Origin: a virus
Taxonomy: Duplodnaviria > Caudoviricetes
DNA: 51,115 nt
Virus record (IMG/VR): IMGVR_UViG_3300031472_000142
Span: 1-51,115 of that record
Strand: one strand, 5' to 3'
The translations under genes and the position numbers were made by a program. The notes beneath the pieces are model-generated. The model ran no database searches. It saw only the letters and a list, made by a program, of their open reading frames with translations, and was not told where the DNA came from. Below are positions 1 through 8,252 of the stretch, in pieces (the first letter of the stretch is position 1; the number at the start of each line of letters is the position of its first letter).

Positions 1-129
1 ATGCACCACGATCATGGAGAGGCAGTTATGTTTGATGGCCTCGCGGAACAACTCGCCGACGCGCACCACGGCCGTGTTGAGCGAGCCCTGGTAGATCACC
101 GGCGAGGCAATCACATGGTTTTTGGTCAT
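1..129 (-). pseudogene. radC: 3' half of host RadC (JAB/MPN, UPF0758) gene, truncated at the prophage junction and running off the window
   Basis: Manual translation [43 protein letters not shown] matches the RadC pattern (L-D/N-TKN...GSLN...RE.FREA....IVVH-NHPSG). An in-frame TGA lies two codons upstream, so the N-terminal half is missing here. Confidence 0.88.
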
Positions 130-149
130 GAATCACTCAATCCGGTGTG
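112..149. other. Probable prophage attachment junction (att)
   Basis: RadC homology stops at about nt 130. An imperfect dyad CACA(112-115)...TGTG(146-149) is centred on 130/131, with 11 of 18 positions paired, resembling a recombinase att site. Confidence 0.55.
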
Positions 150-291
150 CGTTACCAACGCGATGACAGCGTAGCGCCTCCGTGCTATTTATAGTCCGCG
201 CGCCCATTCCCCTCGTCTGCCCCTCCTCGACCACGACTAACTCCACCCAGCGGACAGCGCCCATTTTACCCCCATTTTACCGCCCCAAACT

Positions 292-343
292 CCTTGCCAA
301 ACTAGCGCAAACCTGTTATCTTTAATATAGATGAGGTGAGCGG
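292..343 (+). promoter_or_regulatory. Sigma70-type promoter, copy 1 of a 52-bp repeat
   Basis: TTGCCA(294-299), 17-bp spacer, TG-n-TATCTT(317-322). 48/52 identical to 3016-3067. Confidence 0.8.
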
Positions 344-525
344 AAGTGGCTGGAAGGGTGAACGGGATGGGACGGTATGCGGGATTTGTGAGAGATAACG
401 TCAGATGGGCCATTTACGGGCGCGCCGTGGGTACGGCCAGCAGGGGCAGGAGCAGGCCGCATAGCAATGACCGCCGCCCAGCGTTCAACGGGGCGGGGCA
501 TGAAAACGACAGGAGACTGAACACG

Positions 526-1164
526 ATGAGCACACATGAACCACAAACCGCTACGCAGATGATGACAACGCAGGCGGCAGATGGAACGGTGATCGTGGTA
601 CGGGTGGACGACGGGACACCCGCGCCCTCCATGATCCCGCCGCGGTACGTGGGGGACAAGGCGGCGCTGTTGGTGGCGCACGGCGCGCGTGAGGTGTACG
701 CGGCCGCGGGGATGGGCTGGGGGGCGCGGGAGCGCCGCTACCTGTTGTGCTATCGCGACCGGTTTGGCGATGAGCAACAGGTAGCGGTAGCCGACGCGGC
801 CGCGTCCGCGGCTGCTCTGGACCACTCGCGCGACCACGGGGACGCCATTCCCGCGTCCGAGCCGGGGTCGGCGCTGACGCGGGATCAGCTGCGGGAGCGT
901 GAGCGTTTGGACGACCTCCGCACGCGAGCCGAACTGGCGGTTTTGGATGCTCTCCAGGCGGCCCAACCTCTCAGCATCGACGTGCGGGGTGAGTCGTGTC
1001 CCATCGTGGACATCCGTTACTGGCGAAGCGGGTCGTCCGTCTTGGTCCATCATGGACCCCTCGACCGTTACCGCTGTCGTGAGTGGGTTGAGATGACCGA
1101 GGACGTGGCCCGTGCCATTTTGGAGACGGCCGCCGCGATGCATCGCGGCGGAAGGCGAAAATGA
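526..1164 (+). CDS. Hypothetical protein
   Basis: AGGAG RBS before ATG 526; first gene after the promoter. Confidence 0.7.
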   Translation: MSTHEPQTATQMMTTQAADGTVIVVRVDDGTPAPSMIPPRYVGDKAALLVAHGAREVYAAAGMGWGARERRYLLCYRDRFGDEQQVAVADAAASAAALDHSRDHGDAIPASEPGSALTRDQLRERERLDDLRTRAELAVLDALQAAQPLSIDVRGESCPIVDIRYWRSGSSVLVHHGPLDRYRCREWVEMTEDVARAILETAAAMHRGGRRK

Positions 1165-1216
1165 TGAGTGAGCGAGACGAAGGCGAAAACGATGAGTGAG
1201 CGAGACGAAGGCGAAA
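1151..1216 (+). repeat. 28-bp tandem duplication (about 2.4 copies) at a gene junction
   Basis: gaaggcgaaaa(t/c)gatgagtgagcgagac at 1151-1178 and 1179-1206, partial copy 1207-1216. Confidence 0.9.
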
Positions 1217-1446
1217 CCCTGGCCGGCCAGCGCGCCGAGGAGGATGCCTACCAGACCACCAAAGCGGTCATGGAGGCTCTGCGGCGGGGTGTGCCTGCCG
1301 AGGATATCGAGGCGGCGCTGGCAGGCGTGCCGGCTCCCAAGGGCCGTGAGCTGATCCGCTGCCGCTCCTGTGGGCAGGCGGGATACGCTGGGAGCTACCC
1401 GTTTTCGACCCTCGGCGGAGCTGACTTGTGCGACGATTGCGTGTAA
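1192..1446 (+). CDS. Small protein with C-terminal CxxC...CxxC zinc ribbon
   Basis: CRSCG...LCDDCV. Confidence 0.7.
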   Translation: MSERDEGETLAGQRAEEDAYQTTKAVMEALRRGVPAEDIEAALAGVPAPKGRELIRCRSCGQAGYAGSYPFSTLGGADLCDDCV

Positions 1447-1516
1447 CGAGAGTGCGCAATAGATCGACCCGCTTGGCAATTGACCGGGTGGGGCATGGAA
1501 AAAACGGAGGATTTGT

Positions 1517-1753
1517 ATGACACACGACGATGCGTCCAGGCTCGCGCGGCAGATTAACGACGAGACTGATGCTGACGCGCGCATGCGGCCCGCGCGCGGA
1601 TGGGCGCACGAGGACGGGCCGTGGCTCATCCACACCAGCCGCACTGTTCAGAGCGGCTACAACGGTCGTCCCGACACGTCGGCGGTGACGGGTGACCTGC
1701 ACAACGAGGCGCAGGTGACGATGTTCCTAGCGGCGCGCCGGACAACCGGCTAG
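1517..1753 (+). CDS. Hypothetical protein
   Basis: GGAGG RBS; in operon. Confidence 0.7.
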   Translation: MTHDDASRLARQINDETDADARMRPARGWAHEDGPWLIHTSRTVQSGYNGRPDTSAVTGDLHNEAQVTMFLAARRTTG

Positions 1754-1761
1754 ACACGCTA

Positions 1762-1998
1762 ATGGAACCGTTGACACCGCGTCGCCGCCTCATCGAGTCC
1801 CTGTTCGGCATCCTCGGCAGTGAGGAGCTGAGCATGGACACCGACGAGACCTACGCTGTCCTGGTCGAACTGATCGGCCGCCTGGACGGCATGGCCTATC
1901 GCGGCCACGTGGACCCGCGCCGTCGGCGGGAGACGGGGCGCGCGTTGCGCGAGGGAAGCGCAAAGATTAACGATGATATGAAAGCGTCGTGGAGGTGA
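1762..1998 (+). CDS. Hypothetical protein
   Basis: Tightly packed in the operon. Confidence 0.65.
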   Translation: MEPLTPRRRLIESLFGILGSEELSMDTDETYAVLVELIGRLDGMAYRGHVDPRRRRETGRALREGSAKINDDMKASWR

Positions 1999-2001
1999 CA
2001 C

Positions 2002-2280
2002 GTGACGGCACAACACGGCAGTGACGCGGTGGACCGCATCGCCTGGATCATCGCCGACGCCCTGTTTGGCGGATGGACGTATGACCAGGAAACCACGTTT
2101 GAGGACGTGGAGCGCATGAACAGCGAGGGGTGGACCGTCGCGTCGGCGTCAGGCGTCCCAGGCGCGTGGATAGGGACGGAGGGGCTGCAGCTCGATCCCG
2201 CGACCCTCCGCCGAGCGTACGACCTCGGCGCGCAGCGCGCGGATCAGCGCGCGGCAGGTGGACGCGATGGCCATGACTGA
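2002..2280 (+). CDS. Hypothetical acidic protein
   Basis: GGAGGTG RBS, GTG start. Confidence 0.7.
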   Translation: MTAQHGSDAVDRIAWIIADALFGGWTYDQETTFEDVERMNSEGWTVASASGVPGAWIGTEGLQLDPATLRRAYDLGAQRADQRAAGGRDGHD

Positions 2281-2779
2281 CGATCCTGAACTGGCGCGCC
2301 TGGCCCTGGAGTACGTGGACGCCGTGCGCGCCGACGACGCCGTGGCCATGGCGCGCCTCACGGAGGAGGCGCGCGCCCGCCGCCGCGCGCTGTCGCCGCC
2401 GTCACGCGTGGACGCGGACAACAGCGCCTACCGCGTCGATCTGTACGAACGCGACGATGGCGCGCTCGTCATCGTGCGCCCCGGCGTCAGCCTCGCCTAC
2501 GCAGTGACCGGCGCGGACGGGGAGTTCGAGATGGAGATCGTCGCCATTCTCAACGGCGACGCCGTGATCGGGGGACAGGTATCTCTGCCCGCCGCATGGT
2601 CCGATCTGACGCACCCGTCGATGCGCCTCATCGCGTCCTACGACGAGCTGAGCGGCGAGGTGACGGTGCAGCGCGACCCCTCATCCGGTCGGGTCCTGGC
2701 CGGCGTCAACGGTCGGCGCTACCTCGGCGCCGCGTGGATCGCGCGTCTGGAAGCCGGCGATGGAGATGGCCATGGATAG
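2267..2779 (+). CDS. Hypothetical acidic protein
   Basis: Overlaps both neighbours; protein-like composition. Confidence 0.7.
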   Translation: MAMTDDPELARLALEYVDAVRADDAVAMARLTEEARARRRALSPPSRVDADNSAYRVDLYERDDGALVIVRPGVSLAYAVTGADGEFEMEIVAILNGDAVIGGQVSLPAAWSDLTHPSMRLIASYDELSGEVTVQRDPSSGRVLAGVNGRRYLGAAWIARLEAGDGDGHG

Positions 2780-3029
2780 CGCCGATCTGCTGGCTGATCT
2801 GGTCACAACCGCTGAGGCTGCGGCCCTGCTGGGTGTTGTGCCGCAACGCATCCGCCAACTGGTGACGACTGGCCAGTTGGCGGGGGTCAAGCGCGGTCAC
2901 ACCTGGCTGTTCACCCGCGCCGCCGTGGAGGCCGTCAGGCCCGCATTGCGCAGGCGCGGGGAGCGCGGCACGGATCGGGCGCCGCGCAAAAAGCGGGCAA
3001 AGAAGATACCACGCCCCTTGCCAAACTAG
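2772..3029 (+). CDS. HTH_17 / excisionase-like (MerR-type) DNA-binding protein
   Basis: LVTTAEAAALLGVVPQRIRQLVTTGQLAGVKRGHTWLF motif and a basic C-terminal tail. Confidence 0.85.
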   Translation: MDSADLLADLVTTAEAAALLGVVPQRIRQLVTTGQLAGVKRGHTWLFTRAAVEAVRPALRRRGERGTDRAPRKKRAKKIPRPLPN

Positions 3030-3067
3030 CGCAAACCTGTCATCTTTAGTGTAGATGGGGTGAGCGG
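3016..3067 (+). promoter_or_regulatory. Sigma70-type promoter, copy 2 of the 52-bp repeat
   Basis: TTGCCA(3018-3023), 17 bp, CATCTT(3041-3046); overlaps the stop of the HTH_17 gene. Confidence 0.75.
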
Positions 3068-3114
3068 GACGCGTGGACGGACCGGGCCACATCGGGAGAG
3101 GAGGGGAGAGAACG

Positions 3115-3411
3115 ATGAGGACGGCGAATCAGAGCACTAGTGTGTGGCGGGGTGACTGCTACAAGGTCGTTCGATCAACACAGACATATAGCGGCGACAG
3201 CACGCTGACGACCGATTATCGCGTGCAAAACTATCGCGACGGCAATGCCGGCGATGGGTGTTGCTATGATCGCGAGGGAGCTATTGACGCGGCGCAACGC
3301 GACGAGCGGGCCTGGTCCGCGCTGGGTTTTGTGGGGCAGGGGGAGATGCGACGCATGGAGGAGCGCGATCGCGAGCCGTTCGATCCCGCCGATTATGACG
3401 GAGACAACTAG
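3115..3411 (+). CDS. Hypothetical acidic protein
   Basis: Purine-rich RBS; first gene after promoter copy 2. Confidence 0.7.
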   Translation: MRTANQSTSVWRGDCYKVVRSTQTYSGDSTLTTDYRVQNYRDGNAGDGCCYDREGAIDAAQRDERAWSALGFVGQGEMRRMEERDREPFDPADYDGDN

Positions 3412-3511
3412 CATGCCGCGCAAGCCGACTGGGCGTCGGCCTGGTCGTTGTCTCCGTCGGCGCTGATAAGGCGGCACGGAGCGTGTCGCGGAGGAGATGA
3501 GGAGGAGAGAG

Positions 3512-3982
3512 ATGATGACAACCGACACGACAACCGCGTGTACCGTTAAGCCGGTTGCGTATCAAACGCGCTATGCGTTGAGCCCCATCCCGTTTGAGCG
3601 GGCGTGGACGCTCGCGGCAGACCACGGCCATGAGGGGGCAGACATCCTCGCGCGTCCGGCCAGGGAAGACGCCATCTAGCCCCTGCCCGTTCCCGTGCCG
3701 CCCGCGCCGCTGCGCGCGTGGACGGATACAGTGATTGCGGCCCTGTCCCACGCCGTCACGATGGGGCGAGAGTCATGGGTGGTCGGGAGTGACGCGCCGA
3801 CCGTCATCAGTGGTCAGGTGGTCCACGAGACCACGACAGGCCGCTTGACGTGGACCATCGACCCCGCTGGCGCGACCGCCAGCGGGGTCAACCGCCCCGG
3901 GCCGTTTGGTGGTCCGGGCTCTCGGCTATGCCGCGCGGCATACCCTCTCCCCGGGAGGACCGTCTATATACATATATACTAG
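3512..3982 (+). pseudogene. Hypothetical gene interrupted by an in-frame TAG (3677-3679)
   Basis: Strong GGAGGAG RBS. ORFs 3497-3679 and 3695-3982 share a frame and the second has no RBS. Confidence 0.5.
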
Positions 3983-4064
3983 CGCGTTTCCGACGGACAA
4001 TTCATAGTGTAAGGAGATGATTGTCGGGCGCCATCGTAACCGCTCGAAGGAAAGGCCGTCATCA

Positions 4065-4367
4065 ATGGGGACGAGGACACGCCAGAGTGAGTGCGCCCAG
4101 GCCGCGCGTGAGAGAGCGCCTTTGACGTCCACGCAGGTGGACATCGCCCGGCGCCTCGCCGAGGGCCATCTGTACCCCCAAATCGCGGCAGACCTCCAGG
4201 TGAGCGTCGAGTACGTGCGCATCGTGGTGTCCCTGGCCTGTGGCCGCCTGGGACTCGTCGGGGACCGGATGCTGCTCGCTCTGTGGTATCGTGACCACGC
4301 CCCGGTCGGCGATCGTGCGGGTACGGCTGACAACGAACAACCGTTAGCGCGCGTGGAACGACAATGA
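4065..4367 (+). CDS. LuxR/GerE-type HTH regulator
   Basis: LTSTQVDIARRLAEGHLYPQIAADLQVSVEYVRIVV...RLGL. Confidence 0.75.
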   Translation: MGTRTRQSECAQAARERAPLTSTQVDIARRLAEGHLYPQIAADLQVSVEYVRIVVSLACGRLGLVGDRMLLALWYRDHAPVGDRAGTADNEQPLARVERQ

Positions 4368-4738
4368 CGGCCGCTTCCCCGTCAGCGACAGGCCGCGCGG
4401 GGGGTCCGCTCGTGATCCCCGAGCGCGCCATCCAATCAGCTGTGATGCAGTATCTGCGTCTCCAGGGTTGGTACGTCTTCCGCCTGAACGCCGGGGCGCT
4501 CCCCAATGAGCGGGGGCGGTCAGTGCGCATGCTCCCCGCTGGCACACCAGACCTACTTGCCATTCGAGATGGTCAGTGCCTGTTTGTCGAGTGCAAGCGG
4601 CCGGGTCAGCGCCCAACCGACCGCCAGCGCGCGATGATGGCGACGCTGGAGGCGTTCGGCGCGCGCTGCGTCGTGGCCACGGGCGTCGAGGACCTGGAGC
4701 GTCAATTGGCGCGTGCTCAGACGGACGCCACGGACTAA
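4364..4738 (+). CDS. VRR-NUC domain nuclease (PD-(D/E)xK)
   Basis: ERAIQ...GTPDLL...LFVECKRPG...Q. Confidence 0.9.
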   Translation: MTAASPSATGRAGGPLVIPERAIQSAVMQYLRLQGWYVFRLNAGALPNERGRSVRMLPAGTPDLLAIRDGQCLFVECKRPGQRPTDRQRAMMATLEAFGARCVVATGVEDLERQLARAQTDATD

Positions 4739-5346
4739 TGGCGAAGAGACGAGATACCGCCGCGCTTCAGGTGAGCGCGGAGAGGCGCGAGGCGGACCGT
4801 CTGGCGCTCAAGGCGGAGATAGAGCGGTGGTACCGTCTCAAGATCGAGCAGGTGGTCCACCCTGACGACGAGCGCAACCGATCGTATCGCACGCCCGGGC
4901 ACGTCCAGGAACTGGGGACGGCGCGCGCGGGCTCCGGCAGCGTATGGGATTGGTTGGCTCCCCACGGCGACCGCGCCATCCGGGGAGAGCGGTTCGTCAA
5001 GGCAGCGCCGATTCATGTGCGGCCGTCGGCCGTCGTCCATCTGGGCGACGCGCCCCATGATCCTGCGCGCTTTGCCCGTGCCTGCCTGCGCTTACAACAA
5101 GAGGATCGCGCGCTCAGCATGATCTTCCACCTGGTGTGCTTCGACAGTCCCTGGAGCGAGGCAGACGTGGCCAGGGCGTGGAACGATGGGACGCCGCGCA
5201 ATGGCTGGAGCCGGGCGCGGGTCCAGCAGCGGAAGGTCGAGGCCTGCGCGCTCATCCGCCGGTGGTGTGGCGTTCCTGACGCGGCCGCGCGGGCGGACGC
5301 TAGCGCGACGCCTGACGGGCCGGAGCATCAAAACATTGACAAGTAG
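4738..5346 (+). CDS. Putative late-gene regulator (ArpU/RinA/Q positional equivalent)
   Basis: C-terminal sigma-region-4-like HTH (SEADVARAW...SRARVQQRKVEA); last gene before the late promoter. Confidence 0.55.
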   Translation: MAKRRDTAALQVSAERREADRLALKAEIERWYRLKIEQVVHPDDERNRSYRTPGHVQELGTARAGSGSVWDWLAPHGDRAIRGERFVKAAPIHVRPSAVVHLGDAPHDPARFARACLRLQQEDRALSMIFHLVCFDSPWSEADVARAWNDGTPRNGWSRARVQQRKVEACALIRRWCGVPDAAARADASATPDGPEHQNIDK

Positions 5347-5368
5347 CCGATTTGACGTATGCTATAGT
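5336..5368 (+). promoter_or_regulatory. Putative late promoter
   Basis: TTGACA(5336-5341) with TATGCT at 16 bp, and an extended -10 TGcTATAGT(5360-5368). Confidence 0.65.
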
Positions 5369-5422
5369 CATCGTCGAGGTGCGCCCACCCAGCCTCACTC
5401 CTCCACAACACCCCTTTTTAAC

Positions 5423-5463
5423 GGGCCGGCGGACGGTCAAGTCGTCCGCCGGCCCTTGCCTTT
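5423..5463 (+). terminator. Leader hairpin/terminator downstream of the late promoter
   Basis: Perfect 13-bp stem gggccggcggacg/cgtccgccggccc followed by ttgccttt. Confidence 0.65.
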
Positions 5464-5497
5464 CCTCCCGATTCCTCATCGTGCATGGAGGTGCGCT

Positions 5498-5752
5498 ATG
5501 GCCACCTGCCCACGAGGCTATTGGCGATCGTCCGCGCCGGCGCGCGTGATCGGAATGGACCACCCCGGCGACGGCCTGGACGGCGTGCTCGTCAACGGTC
5601 GTGACCCTGTTGCCGTGGATCGCGCTCACGCTCGCGCTCGTTTACAGGAGACGCGCCGACGGGAAAAGCAGGAACGCCAGCGCGAGGCCGCGCGGGATGG
5701 GCTTGGTTCCACAAGCGCCGCCACCATCGTCGGGGACAGTCGCTCATGCTGA
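5498..5752 (+). CDS. Hypothetical protein
   Basis: GGAGGTG RBS. Confidence 0.6.
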   Translation: MATCPRGYWRSSAPARVIGMDHPGDGLDGVLVNGRDPVAVDRAHARARLQETRRREKQERQREAARDGLGSTSAATIVGDSRSC

Positions 5753-5979
5753 CGTACGTGACACCGGTTCATGAGGTGTTGGCGCCGGAGATCGCATTGG
5801 CGGCGGCCGTGGTGCGCCTCACGCTAGACGATCTGGCCTCGCACGACTATCAGCGGTCGGCGGCGCGCGACGTGCGGGCCGGCCGCTTGGAGCCGTGGGT
5901 GCTTATGCTAGAGGCCTATCCGGCGGTTGCTGAGCGGGCGCGCTGTGAACTGACCGTGGAGAGTGGGCGCGCCCCATGA
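5746..5979 (+). CDS. Hypothetical protein
   Basis: Overlapping operon gene. Confidence 0.6.
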   Translation: MLTYVTPVHEVLAPEIALAAAVVRLTLDDLASHDYQRSAARDVRAGRLEPWVLMLEAYPAVAERARCELTVESGRAP

Positions 5980-6034
5980 CTGTGTCGGGCGCGCGGGTCC
6001 TGCTCGACCTGGAGGGCCGGGAGGTAGGTGGGCA

Positions 6035-6325
6035 ATGGACACGCAAGACCGTCTCTCTGAACGGGACCTGACGCCGACGGTCCATGTGACGGACAGGGGG
6101 CGGCGCATCCACGTCCGACTGACTGTCCCCGACCCAACAAGACGGCCGCACCCGACCGTGCTGCTCCGCGAGGCTTTCCCGCGGCATAGCGATGCGGTGT
6201 GGCTGCCGGCGCGGTCCTGCTGGTCGCTGCCCGGACACGATCGCGTCCGGGTGTGTGAGTGGGCGTCGCGATTGGGGTTCCGAGTGGTTGACGAGCAGGA
6301 CGCAACACTGGTACGACAGACCTGA
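6035..6325 (+). CDS. Hypothetical protein
   Basis: GGAGGT/AGGTG RBS region. Confidence 0.6.
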   Translation: MDTQDRLSERDLTPTVHVTDRGRRIHVRLTVPDPTRRPHPTVLLREAFPRHSDAVWLPARSCWSLPGHDRVRVCEWASRLGFRVVDEQDATLVRQT

Positions 6326-6350
6326 GCGGGACAAACGGGGACAAAACACG

Positions 6351-6866
6351 ATGGGACGGACGAGCGATCCTGAGCGGGCCATCCGCCAGGCGAAGGTTCT
6401 GCAGCTTTTTGTGGCTGGCAGGAGCTACCGCGCCATCGCCGATGAGCTACACATCGACAAGGACACCGTGACCGCGGATATCCGGTCGCTCACAACGAAA
6501 CTTGATACCTGGGCCGCCAATCAGCGCAAGCAGGCAACGGCGTTCGTGACGGCGACCTACCAGCGCGTGATCGACGAGGCCTGGGCGGGCTACGACGCGG
6601 AGTGCGAGCGGGAGCAGGCCTACCTTGCCGGCGACTATGACCGCGAGCACCAGGTCCCCGACCCCGATGGCGGGGTGCATCAGGAGCGGAAACCGCCGCC
6701 GTTCAAGAGTTTGCGCGTGGCCTGGCTGAACACGATCCGTGAGACGACGACGGCCTACGCCAAAATCGTCGGAGTGGACGCGCCTCAGAGGGTCGAGGTC
6801 TCCGGCAAGGACGGCGGGGCGCTGATCGTCCGGCAGTACGTGGGCATTGATCCCGACGAGGTGTAA
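6351..6866 (+). CDS. Terminase small subunit (putative)
   Basis: N-terminal HTH (GRSYRAIADELHIDKDTV), C-terminal GVDAPQRVEVSGKDGG, directly upstream of the large subunit. Confidence 0.8.
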   Translation: MGRTSDPERAIRQAKVLQLFVAGRSYRAIADELHIDKDTVTADIRSLTTKLDTWAANQRKQATAFVTATYQRVIDEAWAGYDAECEREQAYLAGDYDREHQVPDPDGGVHQERKPPPFKSLRVAWLNTIRETTTAYAKIVGVDAPQRVEVSGKDGGALIVRQYVGIDPDEV

Positions 6867-6886
6867 CCAAGACAAGAGGACCTGCG

Positions 6887-8212
6887 ATGACGGTGATCGC
6901 GCGCTTTGAGCCGCGCGGCGCCGCCCGCGACCTCTTCACGTGTCGCGACCGTGAGGTGCTGCTGAGCGGCCCCGCCGGCACGGGCAAGAGCCGGGCGTGC
7001 CTCGAAAAGCTGCACCTGTGCGCCAGTCTCGCCCGCTACGCGGGCATGCGCGGCCTCATGGTCAGGAAGACCATGGTCTCGCTGACGGCGACCGGGCTTG
7101 TCACGTACAAGAGCAAGGTGCTCTCACCATTGGACGGCGTGACCTTCTTTGGCGGGTCCAAGGACGAACCGCCGGCGTATCGCTATCCCAACGGGTCGCG
7201 CCTTTTGTTGGGTGGCCTGGACGATTCGCAGAAGATCATGTCGTCCGAGTACGACATGATTTACGTCCAGGAAGCGACGGAACTGGGCCTTGGAGACTGG
7301 GAGAACCTGACGAGCCGCCTGCGCAACGGCGTGATGCCCTACCAGCAGCTGATCGCCGACTGCAACCCTGGTCCACCGACGCACTGGCTGAAGGTGCGGT
7401 GTGACGCGGGCGCGACGACGATGCTTGAGTCGCGGCATGAGGATAATCCGCGCTACTACGATGCCGCGACCGGATTGTGGACCACGGACGGTTTGGCCTA
7501 CCTTGCGACACTGGACGCGCTGACGGGCGCCCGCAAGGCCCGCCTGCGGTTTGGACGGTGGGAAGGCGCCGAGGGTGTCGTCTACGAGGCGTGGGACGAG
7601 CGTCTGCACGTCATCCCGCGTGCCGATCTGCCGCACCTGCGGTACTACATCGCCTCAATGGATTGGGGCTGGACTAACCCTGGCGTTCTCCAAATATGGG
7701 GCGTGGACGGCGACGGGCGCATGTACCTCGTGCGCGAACACTACCGCGTGCAACAGTCCATCACTTGGTGGGCGCGGCTGGCGAAAGAGGAGCGCGACCG
7801 CTACCAGCTCAGGACGGTGCAATGTGACCCGTCCGAACCGGGCTTCATCGCCGAGTATCGCCGCGCGGGCGTCCCGGCCGCGCCGGCGTTCAACGGCATC
7901 CAACTCGGCATCCAGGCCGTGCAGGCGCGCCTCCAGCCAGCGGGCGACGGCCGACCCCGCCTCTACGTGGTGGAGGACGCGCTGGCGGAGCGCGACGCGC
8001 TGATCGCCGAGGACCAGCCGTCGTCGCTCTTAACGGAGCGGCCACGGTACGTGTGGGCGGCGGGCGCGGACGGCAAGCCGAACAAAGAGCAGCCCGTGGA
8101 CGCTTTCAACCACGCGCAGGACGCCGAACGCTATGCCTGTGCCTACCTGGATCACCTCGGCGACAAGCGGCCGATGGAGGCCGCGGCCGGGGCGAAGCGC
8201 GCCGACTGGTAG
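6887..8212 (+). CDS. terL: Terminase large subunit (PBSX/Terminase_3-like)
   Basis: Walker A GPAGTGKS, Walker B MIYVQE, coupling motif DCNP, nuclease MDWG and NHAQDA. Confidence 0.95.
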   Translation: MTVIARFEPRGAARDLFTCRDREVLLSGPAGTGKSRACLEKLHLCASLARYAGMRGLMVRKTMVSLTATGLVTYKSKVLSPLDGVTFFGGSKDEPPAYRYPNGSRLLLGGLDDSQKIMSSEYDMIYVQEATELGLGDWENLTSRLRNGVMPYQQLIADCNPGPPTHWLKVRCDAGATTMLESRHEDNPRYYDAATGLWTTDGLAYLATLDALTGARKARLRFGRWEGAEGVVYEAWDERLHVIPRADLPHLRYYIASMDWGWTNPGVLQIWGVDGDGRMYLVREHYRVQQSITWWARLAKEERDRYQLRTVQCDPSEPGFIAEYRRAGVPAAPAFNGIQLGIQAVQARLQPAGDGRPRLYVVEDALAERDALIAEDQPSSLLTERPRYVWAAGADGKPNKEQPVDAFNHAQDAERYACAYLDHLGDKRPMEAAAGAKRADW

Positions 8213-8252
8213 CAACCAACAGGGCACGACACGGGCGACGTGGGGAGGATGA

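Noticed and set aside
1-174. Plus-strand ORF starting MHHDHG at base 1
   Set aside because: It is the antisense shadow of the radC fragment, which has the recognisable motif.
322-1644. 440-aa minus-strand ORF and the many other long opposite-strand or off-frame ORFs (e.g. 14415-15614, 24325-25446, 42234-43607)
   Set aside because: Arg/Pro/Gly-rich shadow frames typical of GC-rich DNA, overlapping better-supported genes.
2772-3029. HTH_17 gene as proof of an integration module
   Set aside because: No integrase nearby; context fits an operon regulator better, though a directionality-factor role is not excluded.
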